Positions 39,866 through 53,500 of a DNA stretch of 64,000 nt are shown here, piece by piece. The notes under the pieces were generated by a model. It was given only the letters and a program-made list of their open reading frames with translations, did no database searches and had not been told where the DNA came from. The position numbers were made by a program, and so were the translations under genes. The stretch is from positions 31,928,183 through 31,992,182 of the forward strand of contig NC_057718.1 in assembly GCF_004010195.1 (NCBI RefSeq), read 5' to 3'. This DNA is from Chiloscyllium plagiosum. Taxonomy: Eukaryota. How positions within the stretch are numbered: the stretch's first letter is position 1; the number at the start of each line of letters is the position of its first letter.

Positions 39866-40359
39866 TCCCAATCAGTCTGTATATTTTCCCAAATGTCCGG
39901 CATCACGGTTGATTTTGAATGCTTATAATGTGTATATATTCCAGATGCTCAATGCGAAATGGAACATGCGTATACGTTGTTCGGGCGACCGTGGTGGTCT
40001 TTCGAACCTCCAAAAGACAATGTAATGCCCCTGTTCTATCGAAGGCAAATCGAAAGAATGGATTTCTTGAGACCAATGATGGCCAAGTCATATTTGTTTC
40101 TGGCGCTGGTTTCTGTAGCCCAATAGTTGGCGTAAATGTAGTTTGTGATTACGATTTGCACAATATCGGTGTAGGATGTCTGAACCCTGTTCATTCATTA
40201 AAACCAGTGACTGTCCGTGGAGCGGGCACAATAATGACGCCGCTCCCAGCATGAAAGGCAGATTAACATTGCTGTTTGTGTGCGATTGCTGAGCAGGCAG
40301 AGACTGCCTGGGTGCTGTTTGCTAATGTAGTAATGGCACAGCACTCTGTTGCTCAGCCC

Positions 40360-41673
<1,314 letters not shown>

Positions 41674-43214
41674 TAGTGTATAAACACGTCGAATAAACAA
41701 ACCATCACCCCCCCACACACCCCCACCACCACCACCTCCAGCACCACCGCTGTACAGTTGATGTGACCGTCACGCTGACAATGCAGTGTTTTGCTTGTGT
41801 TGTGAAGTGTCACATTCCTCTCTGAACAAGGTGCGTCCCCAACCTGTCATTGACAGCAGAGTTGCAGTTTATTGAGAATCCGGTGTAGGTACAGCGGTTT
41901 GACCGCTTGTTTCCCAAACAATGATAGGTGTCGCATCAGGAGGCGACAAGTCATATTTTGCGCCTGCTGAGTTGTTCTGTGGTGTGGTAACTGTGGAAGA
42001 TTTACATTTTTCATTGCATAATACCTGCACGAAGAGCATATTGAGCCTGTGTATGTGCATGACCCTGATCTCAATTAGTTCACATCACTAAATAACCCTT
42101 TGGTTGAACCCAAATGCACACTGAATCTGTGCTAATGTACATTGTATAGATTTCGGCAGTTGAAATAATGCTTTTCTTCCGATATGATTCCAGTGAACAC
42201 TGTCAGGTCACTATTATATTGGCCCCTTAAAAATAACTTTTGGCTATGTGGCAGTAACTGCTTTCACGATTTTTTGATTTTCCCATTATCCTACTCGGTC
42301 CATTGGAGGAACTCTGTGTTTATTTCGTCAGTAGTGTCTTTTGTTTCATATATATAAAGATGTGAATGCGAGTTCTAGTTGTTGGAGATGATGGCTTGAC
42401 ATAAGATTGTAGTGAGCATCTTATGAGAAACAGGAGTAGACACGTTTACATTTCGGTGGATGTACTCTGCTGTTTTAAAAGTTCTCCACTGTTTGTATTG
42501 TCTGCCGAAGGTTAAACATATAATGGCGATGTAACACCTTTGTAGGGTATTTTGTAGGATAAATCTGAATGTTACTGCAAACAGTTACAGACAAGGCTAA
42601 GAATGTGCAACCTTTCAAAATAAAATACTAACGCTTGGATTCTGCAAGGTACAAAGTGTGCAATTTACTGAGATATACTGGCAGAGCAATTACTTTATGT
42701 GTTATTTGTGTTACAATTTTAAAGCTATTTATAAAGAATATGTTTACAGTTTTACTGCACACAGTTTACAAAGGAAATCTATTCCCTCCCCCACCCTCAA
42801 GTGTCAACTTACGTAGAGGAAACCAGCATAGATCAGTGGTGACCTAGGCCCACAATGGCATATGTCATTTAACAGAGTGAATTATTCATTTTAATGTATT
42901 CTCCTTAGTATTCATTGTATATCAGGATAGAAGAAATGGTGATAATGATTTTAATACACAATGCTGCTTAAACAATATTTTTCCCTGGCAAAACCATTTG
43001 CATTCTCAAATGGATGATTATTGTGCTGACAAATGCAAGTTTGTTGAGACAATCATTCCTTCTTTATCTAAACTCAGTTATTCAAGCTATCAGATCACAG
43101 GAATATGAGCAGGCCTCTTCTGCCATTCGATTGTACTAGAGCTAATCTGCATTTAATTTATTGTTAACCATTGTTATGTATCACTTTATACCCTGAGCTA
43201 ATCAAAATCTATCA

Positions 43215-43515
43215 ACAACTCACATTTATATAGCACCTTGGACCTTTGCTTTATAAATTGGTCAAGATGCTTTACAGATTATGATAAAGCAAAGTAAGAC
43301 ATTGAGCCACATAATGAAATATTAGGTTAGCTGGCCAAAAACTTGCTAAAGGAGGTAGAATTTAAGAAGTCTCTTAAAGGAGGAAAATAAACTGGAGAGA
43401 TGTAGGGAGAGAATTCCGGAGCTTACTGCCTAAGCAACTAAAAGCACAACCACTAATAATGGAGTGATTAAAATTGTAGATGTTCAAGAGGCCAGGTTAG
43501 AGGAGTACAGATCTA
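43215..43515 (-). mobile_element. L2-like LINE 3' end, continuing at ~45140-45545
   Basis: catttatatagcacctt tail and tttaagaagtctcttaaagg..gaattccggagc; upstream RT-like part has LDXXNTLLAG-type signature. Confidence 0.55.
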
Positions 43516-43519
43516 CAAA

Positions 43520-44760
43520 CATATAAACATATGAATTGGAAGCAGTAGTAGGCATGGTGTGCCACTCCGGAACATCATGGCTGATCCATATCAACTCCAC
43601 ATTCTTAGAGGTAAAAACAATGACTGCAGATGCTGGAAACCAGATTCTGGATTAGTGGTGCTGGAAGAGCACAGCAGTTCAGGCAGCATCCGAGGAGCTC
43701 CTCGGATGCTGCCTGAACTGCTGTGCTCTTCCAGCACCACTAATCCAGAACTCCACATTCTTGCCTATCTCTGATAACCCTTCAACCCGTTGCTTAACAA
43801 GAATCATCTACCTCTGTCTTAAAAAATATTCAAGCACTCTTTTTCCACCACTTTTTCAGAGCAAGATTCCAAAGACTCAGAATCTTCAAGAGAACAAAAG
43901 TCTAATCTCTGTTTTAAATGGGTGACTCTGAATTTTGTAAGCAGTAACCCCTAGTTCTAGACTCTCCATAAGAAGAAACATTTTCTCCACATCCACCTTG
44001 TCAAGACCTTTCCAGATTTTATATGTTTCAGTCAAATCACCTCGTACTCTTCTTATCTCCAGTGGATACACATCTAACCTGTCCAACCTTTCTTCATAAG
44101 ATAATTCTCCCATTCCAGTTACTGGTCTGGCAAACCTTTCCTGAACTGCTTCCAACACATTAACGTCGCTCCTTAAGTAAGCTGATCCATACTGAGCACA
44201 GTTCTCCTGATAGTCTTACCAGTACTCTGTATAACAGATATCTTGGAGAGTTGTATGGAGAGAAGAGATTGCAGGGTAAGGGAAACACTATTAAGGTTTG
44301 AGGTTTTTTGGTTTCCTTGATTCTGCTTGTATTTTTGGGTGATGATCTTTCTACTGAAAATACAAATCACTTCTTCAGTATATAGATATACGTTCTTTTT
44401 CCTTCAAGCAGAAAAGGCTGAGGGGAGAATCTGGTTGAGGTGTACAAAATTCTTAAGGGCATAGACAGTGTACATAGGGAGAAACATTTCTGCTGGGAGG
44501 GGTCAATAAACAGGGGGCATAGTTTCAAGGATACACAGCAGGAGATTTACAGGAGATTTGAGGAAATATATTTTCACCCAGAGGATTGTATGTATTTGGA
44601 ACTCACTGTTGAAAGGATGGTACAGGCAGGAACCCTCATGACATTTAAGAAATGTTTAGATGAATACTTGAAACATCATAACATGCAAGGCTACAGGCCA
44701 AGTGCTGAAAAATGGAATTAGGATATGTGGATATTTAATGACTGGATCTTTTTCCCTGCT
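43520..44760. mobile_element. CR1 fragments (43520-44240 minus; 44390-44760 plus)
   Basis: LEAVQERFAR..LSYEERLDRL..RGDLTETYKI and KRLRGESG..VYKILKGID. Confidence 0.85.
43607..43750. mobile_element. Fold-back mini PLE containing a perfect 106-bp palindrome
   Basis: 43645-43750 is fully self-complementary; perfect TSD AACTCCACATTCTT at 43593 and 43749. Confidence 0.95.
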
Positions 44761-45960
44761 GTAAGTTGAATGGATGCAGGTAATGAAAGTATGAGGTGAA
44801 GCTTTGATGTGAGAATGTAATGAATATTTTAAGGAAAACAGGAGCACTGGTTATCAGGTTGGGTGAATGTAAATTTTAAAAAAGGAACGCTGGCTTTTAA
44901 AAAAAATTATGCTCTTTGTATTGTTTGCTCAGGGCTATAGTGCGTGTATGACACCTGTTGTTGTTCTTTCGTAGCATGAATTTAAGCATAGGGTAGAAAT
45001 GATTACAGATAATGTGCAACCTATTTCAAATAAAATAATAGCTCTTAAGATACCTCCTGGGGGGAAATTTTCAACACAATTCTAAAGCTGTTTACAAAGA
45101 ATGTGTTTATAGTTTTACAGCAAGTAATGCACAAAGGAAGTATTGGAAAACTAGGATGAGGTTTTTAAAATTAGGATATCGCTTAATTGGAACCCTGTGT
45201 AGGTCAGAAGGCACAGGGATAACAAATAAGTAAGAGTTTGACTGAGTAGGACCTGGATATCAGGGTTTTGGATGACCTTAATGTATTGTGAGTAACATTT
45301 GGATGACCGGCCAGGAGTGTGTTGAACTGGTTCAGTCTAGAAGCAAGTAACCGCATAAATCAGCAGCAGATGAATTGCGATAGGAGCAAAGTTAGCTGAT
45401 ATTACAGAGATGAAAATAGATAGTCTTAGAGGTGGTGTGAATATGTGGTCAGAAACTCTTTGTACAATCAGATACGGCACCAAGACTTCAAACATCTTGT
45501 TTAGTTTGACTGTTTTCAGGTAGGGGGAAGGAGTTGGTGGTTAGGAAACAAGAGTTTGTGGTGAGATTCTGCAAATGGAGCGAAGGTTGCAGACAGGAAA
45601 AATTCTGTGCCAAGGGAAAAGGAGCAAGAAGGATCTTGACTGAAAGCCAATGGTTTTTTTTAAGAGTGCTTCTACCTCTGCCTTATTAATCTGAGTCTTG
45701 AAATCTTCAGTTGAATCAATGTCCACAGCCTGTTGGGAGAGTTTTTGGTACTTTGCTTGAAGAGATATTTTCTGATTTTACTCCTCAGTGACCTGTTTAC
45801 AATTTTAAGATCAAGACCCTGAAATTTGGTTGTGTGGAGTTGCTGCTGCTGCCTCCTATAGAAGCATTGGTTATGCTTCTAGCCACCTCTGCTGTTGCTG
45901 TCCTTGCTGTGAAGACAGCAGTGCAGGAATGTCACATGTGAGCTGGAAATTTCAGAAGAA

Positions 45961-46621
45961 CCCAAAGGACTAGCCACGTTGCCATACATCAAGAACATTT
46001 CTGAACTGACAGCCAGACTACTACGACCACTAGGACTCATAACAGCACACAAATCAACAGCCACTCTCAGACAACAACTCACCAGGACAAAGGACCCGAT
46101 ACCCAGCATGAGCAAAACCAACGTAGTGTACAAAATCCCATCCAAGGGCTGCACAAAACACTACATAGGACAAACGGGAACACAGCTAACGATCCGTATC
46201 CATGAACACCAACTAGCCACAAAACGACACGACCAGCTATTCTTAGTAGCCACACACGCGGATGACAAGAAACATGAGTTCGACTGGGACAACACTACTA
46301 TTATAGGACAAGCCAAACAGAGAACAGCCAGGGAATTCCTAGAGACATGGCACTCATCCACAGATTCTATTAACAAACACATCGACCTGGACCCAATATA
46401 CCGGCCATTGCAGCGGACAGCTGGAACTGATAACCGGAAGCGGCAGAAACAAACCACTATAAATGCTGGAGGAAACATCACAGAAGCGCTTCTCAGGAGG
46501 CTCCCAAGCACTGAGGATGTCACCTAGACAGGGGATGAAACGTCTGCAACACAAATTCCCAGCTCGCCGAACAGAACCACAACAACGAGCACCTGACCTA
46601 CAAATCTTCTCACAAACTTTG
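45961..46621 (+). mobile_element. 5'-truncated Penelope/Poseidon-type PLE with open GIY-YIG frame (45979-46527)
   Basis: LPYIKNISE..KTNVVYKIPSKGCTKHYIGQTGTQLTIRIHEH..AREFLETWHS..IN; probable TSD AATKTCAGAAGAA at 45948 and 46622. Confidence 0.93.
46508..46547 (+). ncRNA. Minimal type I hammerhead ribozyme motif
   Basis: GCA-CUGAGGA-uGUCACC-uagaca-GGGGAU-GAAA-CGUC-UGC; predicted cleavage after GUC at 46544. Confidence 0.75.
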
Positions 46622-47474
46622 AATGTCAGAAGAAGTCCGACACTTTTATATAAGTAGTGGGGCAGAAAATGTCCTAGATTTTTAAAAATGCCTGTAGCAT
46701 TTGGGATTTGAACCTGGATCTTCTGACTCAGAGATCGGGACACTGTGTCACAAGATCTTACAAAAATTGTCCTAGATATTTTCTAATCAACCTGTTCAGA
46801 CATATTACTATAACTCTCTGGAACAGTAGGTCCTAAACCTGGATCTAACTGGCTCAAAGGAAGGGATAATACCCTCTGTGCCACAACAGGTACCAGAAAT
46901 GACCTCCCATGATGTTTTAGCTGCTGTGATGCTGGTTTCACTAATTTTGCCTGGGCATGTGTACTGAATGTCTATGCTAATCATTCACAGTCAAACAGGT
47001 ATTCAGCAGCAATTAGGGCCTCCCAAAGTCTGCTTTCCGCAACTTACACTACCACCATAACGATTCTGGAAAACGCTAGTCATCAATCTGAATGTGAGGT
47101 ACTTTTGAATTAGTTCTGCTTAGACAAAATTAGTGGAAGCATTGTCGACTTTCTTTTTTGGAAGTTTATTCCAGAGCTGCTGATTATGCTCAGGTAGGCC
47201 CAACTCTGCATGAGGCTTGGGGATGGTGGTTGCAATGCAGCTGGCTCTGCAACATGACCAACAAATGAAGCAAAAGGCTTCAAAGAGGGAAGAATAGGGA
47301 GGAAACAAGCTATCCATAGAAGGCCTTACCAATAATTTGTATCTCAAGAGTACCTTTTCCATCTCCCGGGTGGGGTGACTCTGGTTAAACAAGGAGATAG
47401 TAGCACATCTATGCCAACTCCTTCAAATCTATCTGGAGCAAATTGAGGTTTGATACCACAGAATTTGAGTATTG

Positions 47475-48805
47475 CTGAGAAAGGAAAAGTCACGTTTTAT
47501 TGAAACTTTTCATCTTGCACACATTCAAAAGTATAAAGCCAACATTTATACTACTTTGAGAGGAGAGTACTGGTTGGTAAAGCCATTGCCACAACAAATG
47601 CACTGATTAAAGATAATTAACAGTAAGCTGCCTTGGCTTTGTTTAAATTTTAAAATATGGACGTTGACTTTGATTGGTCGGGTCACTGTCCTGGGAAGTG
47701 AACCAATATGTAGCTGTCGTCAGGCTGAGTTGAAACAGATGCAGTGCATGTATGTGTACTTTCTGTCACAAAGAATGGGGCCCTACGCATTAATATATCC
47801 AACTTCCAGTGCGCACAGTTGTGCCACACTGTGAGCTTGATGGTCCATTCTAAATTGGTTGTCAGTATAATTCTTCACCTTTTGCTAATCTTTGAGATAT
47901 ATTACACTGCCAGGGTAAACTGAGGTAGATTGGGCACTTTTCATGACTGAGTGTGACAGCCTTAGGAATGTGTCCGTGAGATAATGGCTGCCATGATCAC
48001 ATCACTGTACATTGTGCAAAGGCCCATAAGTTTGAGTAAACGCCGAAGCTCACTGTTCCGTGCTGCTACTATGCAGTGCTAACCTGAGTGGTGTTCAGAG
48101 TGAATAGGATGCTGCCATCAAGCCAAAGCTGAAAAGATGTTCTGCATTTCATAAAAGTCAGCATTCTGCTTTACAAATTTCATTGTCAGAAAGATGCCAG
48201 GTATGTAGGCTTTACATCCCAAAAACTGGCAGAGCGTATCCTTTTGGCTGTTCATCAGAAACAAGATGCTAATTGTACCAAAACAGCTCATCCATACTTG
48301 CACAAGTCACAACCCTGTGTCCAACATTTGATGTGATTTTGCAATTAGACATCATTTGCTGGAGTTTCCTCGGTGTGTGAAGAATCATATTGACATTTAG
48401 GGTTGTCGATCAGTCTCACAGTGTGATAGACTTGCATGTACCGGAAACTAGAAATGTTCATACACAAGGCCTTGTTGTTTGCAGACAGAAAGAACATATA
48501 CAGGCGCGGTGTCTGTTTCAAGTCAGCAACATAAGTGGCAGCTATTCACTGGTTCATTTCCTAGGTCATGACCAATCAGAGTCAACCTGTCTGGTTTAAA
48601 ATTTAATCAGATCCTGACAGTTAACTATCAAACATCATTAATTGACACATTTCATCATTAATTGCTGCCTCTACCAATCAGAGTCAACTTGACAACTAAT
48701 TAGCACTAACTATGCAGTTTAAATGTTGGTTTTCCCTTGAACTGGTATCCTGTTCTGATGAATGCAAGATGAAAACCTTTTATAAAATGTATATTCTTTT
48801 CAGTG
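47475..48805. mobile_element. Old fold-back PLE (family D)
   Basis: ~47475-47900 inverted against ~48390-48805; CQKDARYVGFTSQKLAERI and LHVPETRNVHTQGLVVCRQKE; CTGATGA-ATGCAAGAT-GAAA at 48755-48774. Confidence 0.72.
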
Positions 48806-49044
48806 AGACGCAATGTGGAGTTCCACACAAGAATGCAGATGATGCTGCCAGTAGCCACAAGTAACATTGAGCTTCTCCACGTAGGCAGGTTCAGGCAACA
48901 TTTCCAATATCTGCCTGTATGACATCCGTGCATCAGTGCACCTGAAGATGTTGTAGGACATCAGTATGAGGAAGCCTGGAGAGACTATTTTCTCCATCTG
49001 CAGGCAGAAGCAACGGACTAGGCCAATAGCTTTGCCAGGTTTTA

Positions 49045-49260
49045 AGTCGTTCTGCTATAATGCGCATTCTGTCAATGCAAATTTGCTGTAATGCAATTGA
49101 CAAATTAGGGACGTTATTTCTACAGCACGAACTTTTAAAATGTGTGTTGCTGTAACATGATTACATCACCAACACTTTAAGCGCTGTTTCTAAAGCGTGA
49201 TTTTTCTATAATGCGGGGTTGCACAAGAATGCAACCATTCCATTATAGAAGAACTGACTG
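49045..49260. mobile_element. Same MITE family, opposite orientation
   Basis: ta-AGTCGTTCTGCTATAATG...CATTATAGAAGAACTGACTG-ta. Confidence 0.78.
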
Positions 49261-50152
49261 TATTGGGATTCCTTATTGTGAGGGTTTCCATAAGGAAACA
49301 TGCACATTGCTCTTTACACAGCCCACGTCAGTGGGAAGACATACAGAAAATGCAAAAGTTACCAGTTACTCAATGCGTATTATTATGCACCTGTATACAA
49401 TATGTTACATGGGTGAATGGCAGCAATCTGGCAGTAGCTACTGTGCTTTTATTCTTGCACACTGGAAAAGATGGGTTCTAAGCTCCATGCAAAACCCAGT
49501 GCTATGGTTAAACTTAGCTCTTCTAAGCTCCTTGACAGTTACAAGAGGCTCTGTGATAGGCCTGGCAAGCATTTTCACCAACATTTGCATCCATATGTGA
49601 CACATCTAGGTTCTCTGTCCTCTCCAGCAGAACTTATCTGTGACCTTTGTGGTGAGCTGGCAAGCATGATGTCCTTTCCCCTGGTCTTCTTTGCAGTTTA
49701 CTTGTGCCCAGTGACTCACAATGTACAGATTCCAATTCTGCACCAACTCCTGAAGTTTGCACAGTGCCAGTATCTGAGCTGATGGAAATGGGTGAGAGAT
49801 CAAGTGACAGAGCTTCTTAGTCAGAGGTCTGATTAAATCTCTCTGGGGGTATGGCTGGTCAGTTCGATATTTTTTGTCATCTGAATAATGCAATCAGCAT
49901 AAGTAATACTAGAGTGTAAAATGGTAATTCAGTCACACCACTTCCAAAGTGTAGATTATTTCTGTCAGCAGGATGAGAAAGTCGAGAGGGTAAACATAAT
50001 TTCATTCTAAATGCTGTCACTGACGTTGAAACAGGCTCACTCACAGCTGGCTTGGTGGTGCGCAGCATTTTATCCTCCTCAGTCTCAGGGATTGAAGTCA
50101 TGCCTATTCCCCACTGATTCAGCTTTGCTTTCTCCTATTGTACATTATTATC

Positions 50153-51560
50153 ACAGAATCATAGAATTGTACAGTACAGAAGAGGCCCTTTGGCCCATCA
50201 AGTCTGTACCAGTAAAAATGCACTAAGTCTTCACTAATCCCAGTTTCCAGCACTAGGCCCATCCCTCTGAATGGTGTGACCCTTCAAGTGCTAATCCAAG
50301 TACCTTTTAAAGATCTTGACGTCATTTGCCTCAACTACTCTTCAAGACAGTCCATTTCAAACCCTCTGGGAAAAAGCTTTTTCTCTAAACATCATGTCTT
50401 TCATCTTAAAAGTGTTCCAACAGTGAACAACTGCTTTTTATTCATCCTGTTCTGGCCTTTCATAATCGCACCTCAATTAGATCCCTCCTCAAACTTCTCT
50501 ACTCCAAAGAAAATAACCTGACCTTGTCAAGCCTCCCTTCATAGCTAAGATGCCCCAACCCAGGCAATATTCTGGTGAATCTCCTCTGCATCTCGTCCAG
50601 TGCAATCATATACTTCCTATTGTGCTGTGACCAGAATGCACATGGTATTCCTGCTGTGGCCTAACTAAAGTACTATCTAGCTCCAAATAGCCTCCCTGCT
50701 TTTATAATTATTCCTCAACTGATAACAGCATTTCTTCTGAATGTCTTCCTATCTATCCTTTTAACCTGCCTGCCACCTTCGGGGATCTGTAGACAAGCAC
50801 CCCAAGGTCCTCTGTTCCTCTGAGCTTTCTAATGTTCTGCCTTCAGTGATTAATCCCTTGTCTTGTCCCTTTGTCTAAAGTGCATCACCTCACATATCAG
50901 GGTTAAATTTCATCTGGTATTGATCTACTCGTCTGACCAATATGTCTCCATTCTCTTGTAACCTAAAACATTCTTCCTCACTTGTCCAACTTTTGTGTCA
51001 TCCGCAAATTTACTTATCAGCACCCCCCTCCCCCCCAATGTTGTTTATATATATCACAAAAAACAAGGGACCCAGCGTTGATCCCTGTGGTATGTCACTG
51101 GACACTGGCCTTCAGGCACACAAACAGCCTTTTACTGCCACCCTCTGTTTCCCATCACTAAGCCAACTTTGGATCCAACTTGCCAAGTCACCCTGGATCT
51201 CATGTATTTTTACCTTCTTATAGTTTCCCATGTGGGATTTTATCGAAGGCCTTCCTGAAATCCATATCAACTTCACTACCCACAACACACTTGGTCACCT
51301 ACTTGAAAAATTCAACCAGATTTGTTGGGCATGATCTTCCTCTGATAAAGCCATGCTGACTACCTCTGATCAAAACTTGCCTCTTTAAGTGGAGATTAGT
51401 TTTCTCCTTCAGAATTTTCTCCAAAATTTCCCACTATTGAACTGACACTCACTGGTCTGTAGTTCCCTGCTGCAACTCCACGACCCTTCTTGATGAGTGG
51501 AACCACATTAGATGTCCTACAGTCCTCTGGCAATTTCTTTGAGGTGGAGAGGACAAGAGA
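50153..51560 (-). mobile_element. CR1-type LINE, ~1.4 kb degenerate RT
   Basis: LPEDCRTSNVVPLIKKGR..GNYRPVSVSSIVG; SDIPQGSTLGPLFFVIYIN; KFADDTK. Confidence 0.88.
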
Positions 51561-51799
51561 GCAGGCAGAATGCCAATAGTTATGTTGGGCTGTGTTTGGC
51601 TGCTTCACCTGCTGTAGCTGAATAGCTGGAGGTATATGGAGTCAGCATGAAGTGAGTGTGTGGCTGGCTGGAAGGTGTATGTGAGAATGAAGTGAAACAT
51701 CTGACTGCTAAGTATGAGTCCTGTGTGCTTGGGATCGTTAATGGCTATGTGGTGACGGCACAGTGGCTTGAAGATGTCATATGAAGATGCATTAGAAAT

Positions 51800-53500
51800 G
51801 CATGTGACAAAAATAAAGCAGTAGTTATAGGGGACTTTGATCTTCATTTGAAATTTGCATTAAGATTGTGGAGGCTGAGTTCATGGAATAGTTTCTTTGT
51901 GGTAATAGGGTCTCGAGAAAGAGCGACAAAGATGTTGCATTTTAGATGGAATGTGATATAGTTAAGTCTAAAACTATAGCCTTAAACAAAATACATTATT
52001 TATGTATGGGGAGGAGTGGCAACTTGGCTAAGATACAATAGAAAGTGACATTAAATGATATGATGATAAACAAGCGATTGCTAGCATTTAAAGAATTAGT
52101 GCATAATTCATATCTAACATACATTCCCCTAAGGCACACAAACCCTACAGAAAAAAGTGTTCCAACTGTGTGTAACAAGAGGAATTAAAGATCAAAGGAA
52201 CTGGCTTGTAATGTTGATGAAAGTCTGTTGAGCCTGAGGATTGGGAGGATTTCAGCAGAAAACAAAATCAGCTCAGAAGGATAGGGGGTGTTGATGTGAA
52301 AGAGGAAAAATGTTTGAGAGTAGTATCAAGAGACTGGGATACAATTGTACATGTTTCTATAGGAAATACATAGCTAGAGATTAGTGAAAGAAGATGTGGG
52401 ACCGTTAGAGGTAGAAATTATAATGGAAAATAACAAAATGGCAAACAGATTAGACAACAGAATGAGGACATGCCACAACCCAAAGGACTAGCCACACTAC
52501 CATACATCAAAAACATTTCTGAACTGACAGCCAGACTACTGCGACCACTCTAGGACTCATAACAGCACACACCAACAGCCACTCTCAGACAACAACTCAC
52601 CAGNNNNNNNNNNNNNNNNNNNNNNNNNNNNNNNNNNNNNNNNNNNNNNNNNNNNNNNNNNNNNNNNNNNNNNNNNNNNNNNNNNNNNNNNNNNNNNNNN
52701 NNNNNNNAGATTCAATCAATAAGCACATCGACCTGGACCCAATATACTGACCACTGCAGCGGACAGCTGGAACTGATAACCGGAAGCGGCAGGTACAAAT
52801 CACTATAAATGCCGGAGGAAACAACACAGAAGCGCTTCTCAGGAGGCTCCCAAGCACTGAGGATGTCACGAAACGTCTGCAACACAAATTCCCAGCTCGG
52901 CGAACAGAACCACAACAGTGTCAGAGAAATTATTGGGCCAAAGTGAAAACAAATTCTCTGGACCTGATGACCTTCATTCTGGGTTTTTAAAATAAGTAGC
53001 TGTAAAGGTAGCAGATGCATTGATGCTTATCTTTTAACATTCTTTAAATTCTAACAGTTTCCAAAGATTGGAAGGTAGTAAACATAACCCCACTATTAAC
53101 AACAGGGGAAAAGAGAGAAAACAAGGAAATTGTGGACCAATTGGTGTATTTCATTACCAGTGAATTGCCAGAATTTATTGTTGGTGACACAATAATAGAA
53201 TATTTGGAAAGTCCTAATATGATTAAGCCGTCTTTATGAAGTTATGCAAGACATCTGACAAATCTGTTGGAGACTTTTGAGGATGTAACTATTAAAATGG
53301 ACAAGGGCAAACCACTGGATGCAGTGAATTTGGATATTCAAAAGACTTCGATTAGATGTCATTCAAAAACTTATACAGAGTTAGGGCTCATAGGATATGG
53401 GATAATATATCAGCAGGTACCAAGTAATGGTTAATGAACAAAAGGTTGAAGAACAGGAAGAAGTGGACATTTTCTGGTTGGTTGCTTGTAACTGTCAAGG
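51800..53500 (+). mobile_element. Old CR1 ORF2 fragments, interrupted by a Penelope copy
   Basis: AVVIGDFD; SGPDDLHS.FLK; PKDWKVVNITPL; PLDAVNLDIQKDF. Confidence 0.7.
52452..52917 (+). mobile_element. Second copy of the 45961 Penelope family (gap 52604-52707)
   Basis: Near-identical PKGLATLPYIKNISE and 3' end; hammerhead stem II mostly deleted (CTGAGGATGTCACGAAACGTC). Confidence 0.9.

Noticed and set aside
45979..46527. GIY-YIG ORF as a domesticated host gene
   Set aside because: No ATG start, 5'-truncated, probably TSD-flanked, and a near-identical second copy is present.
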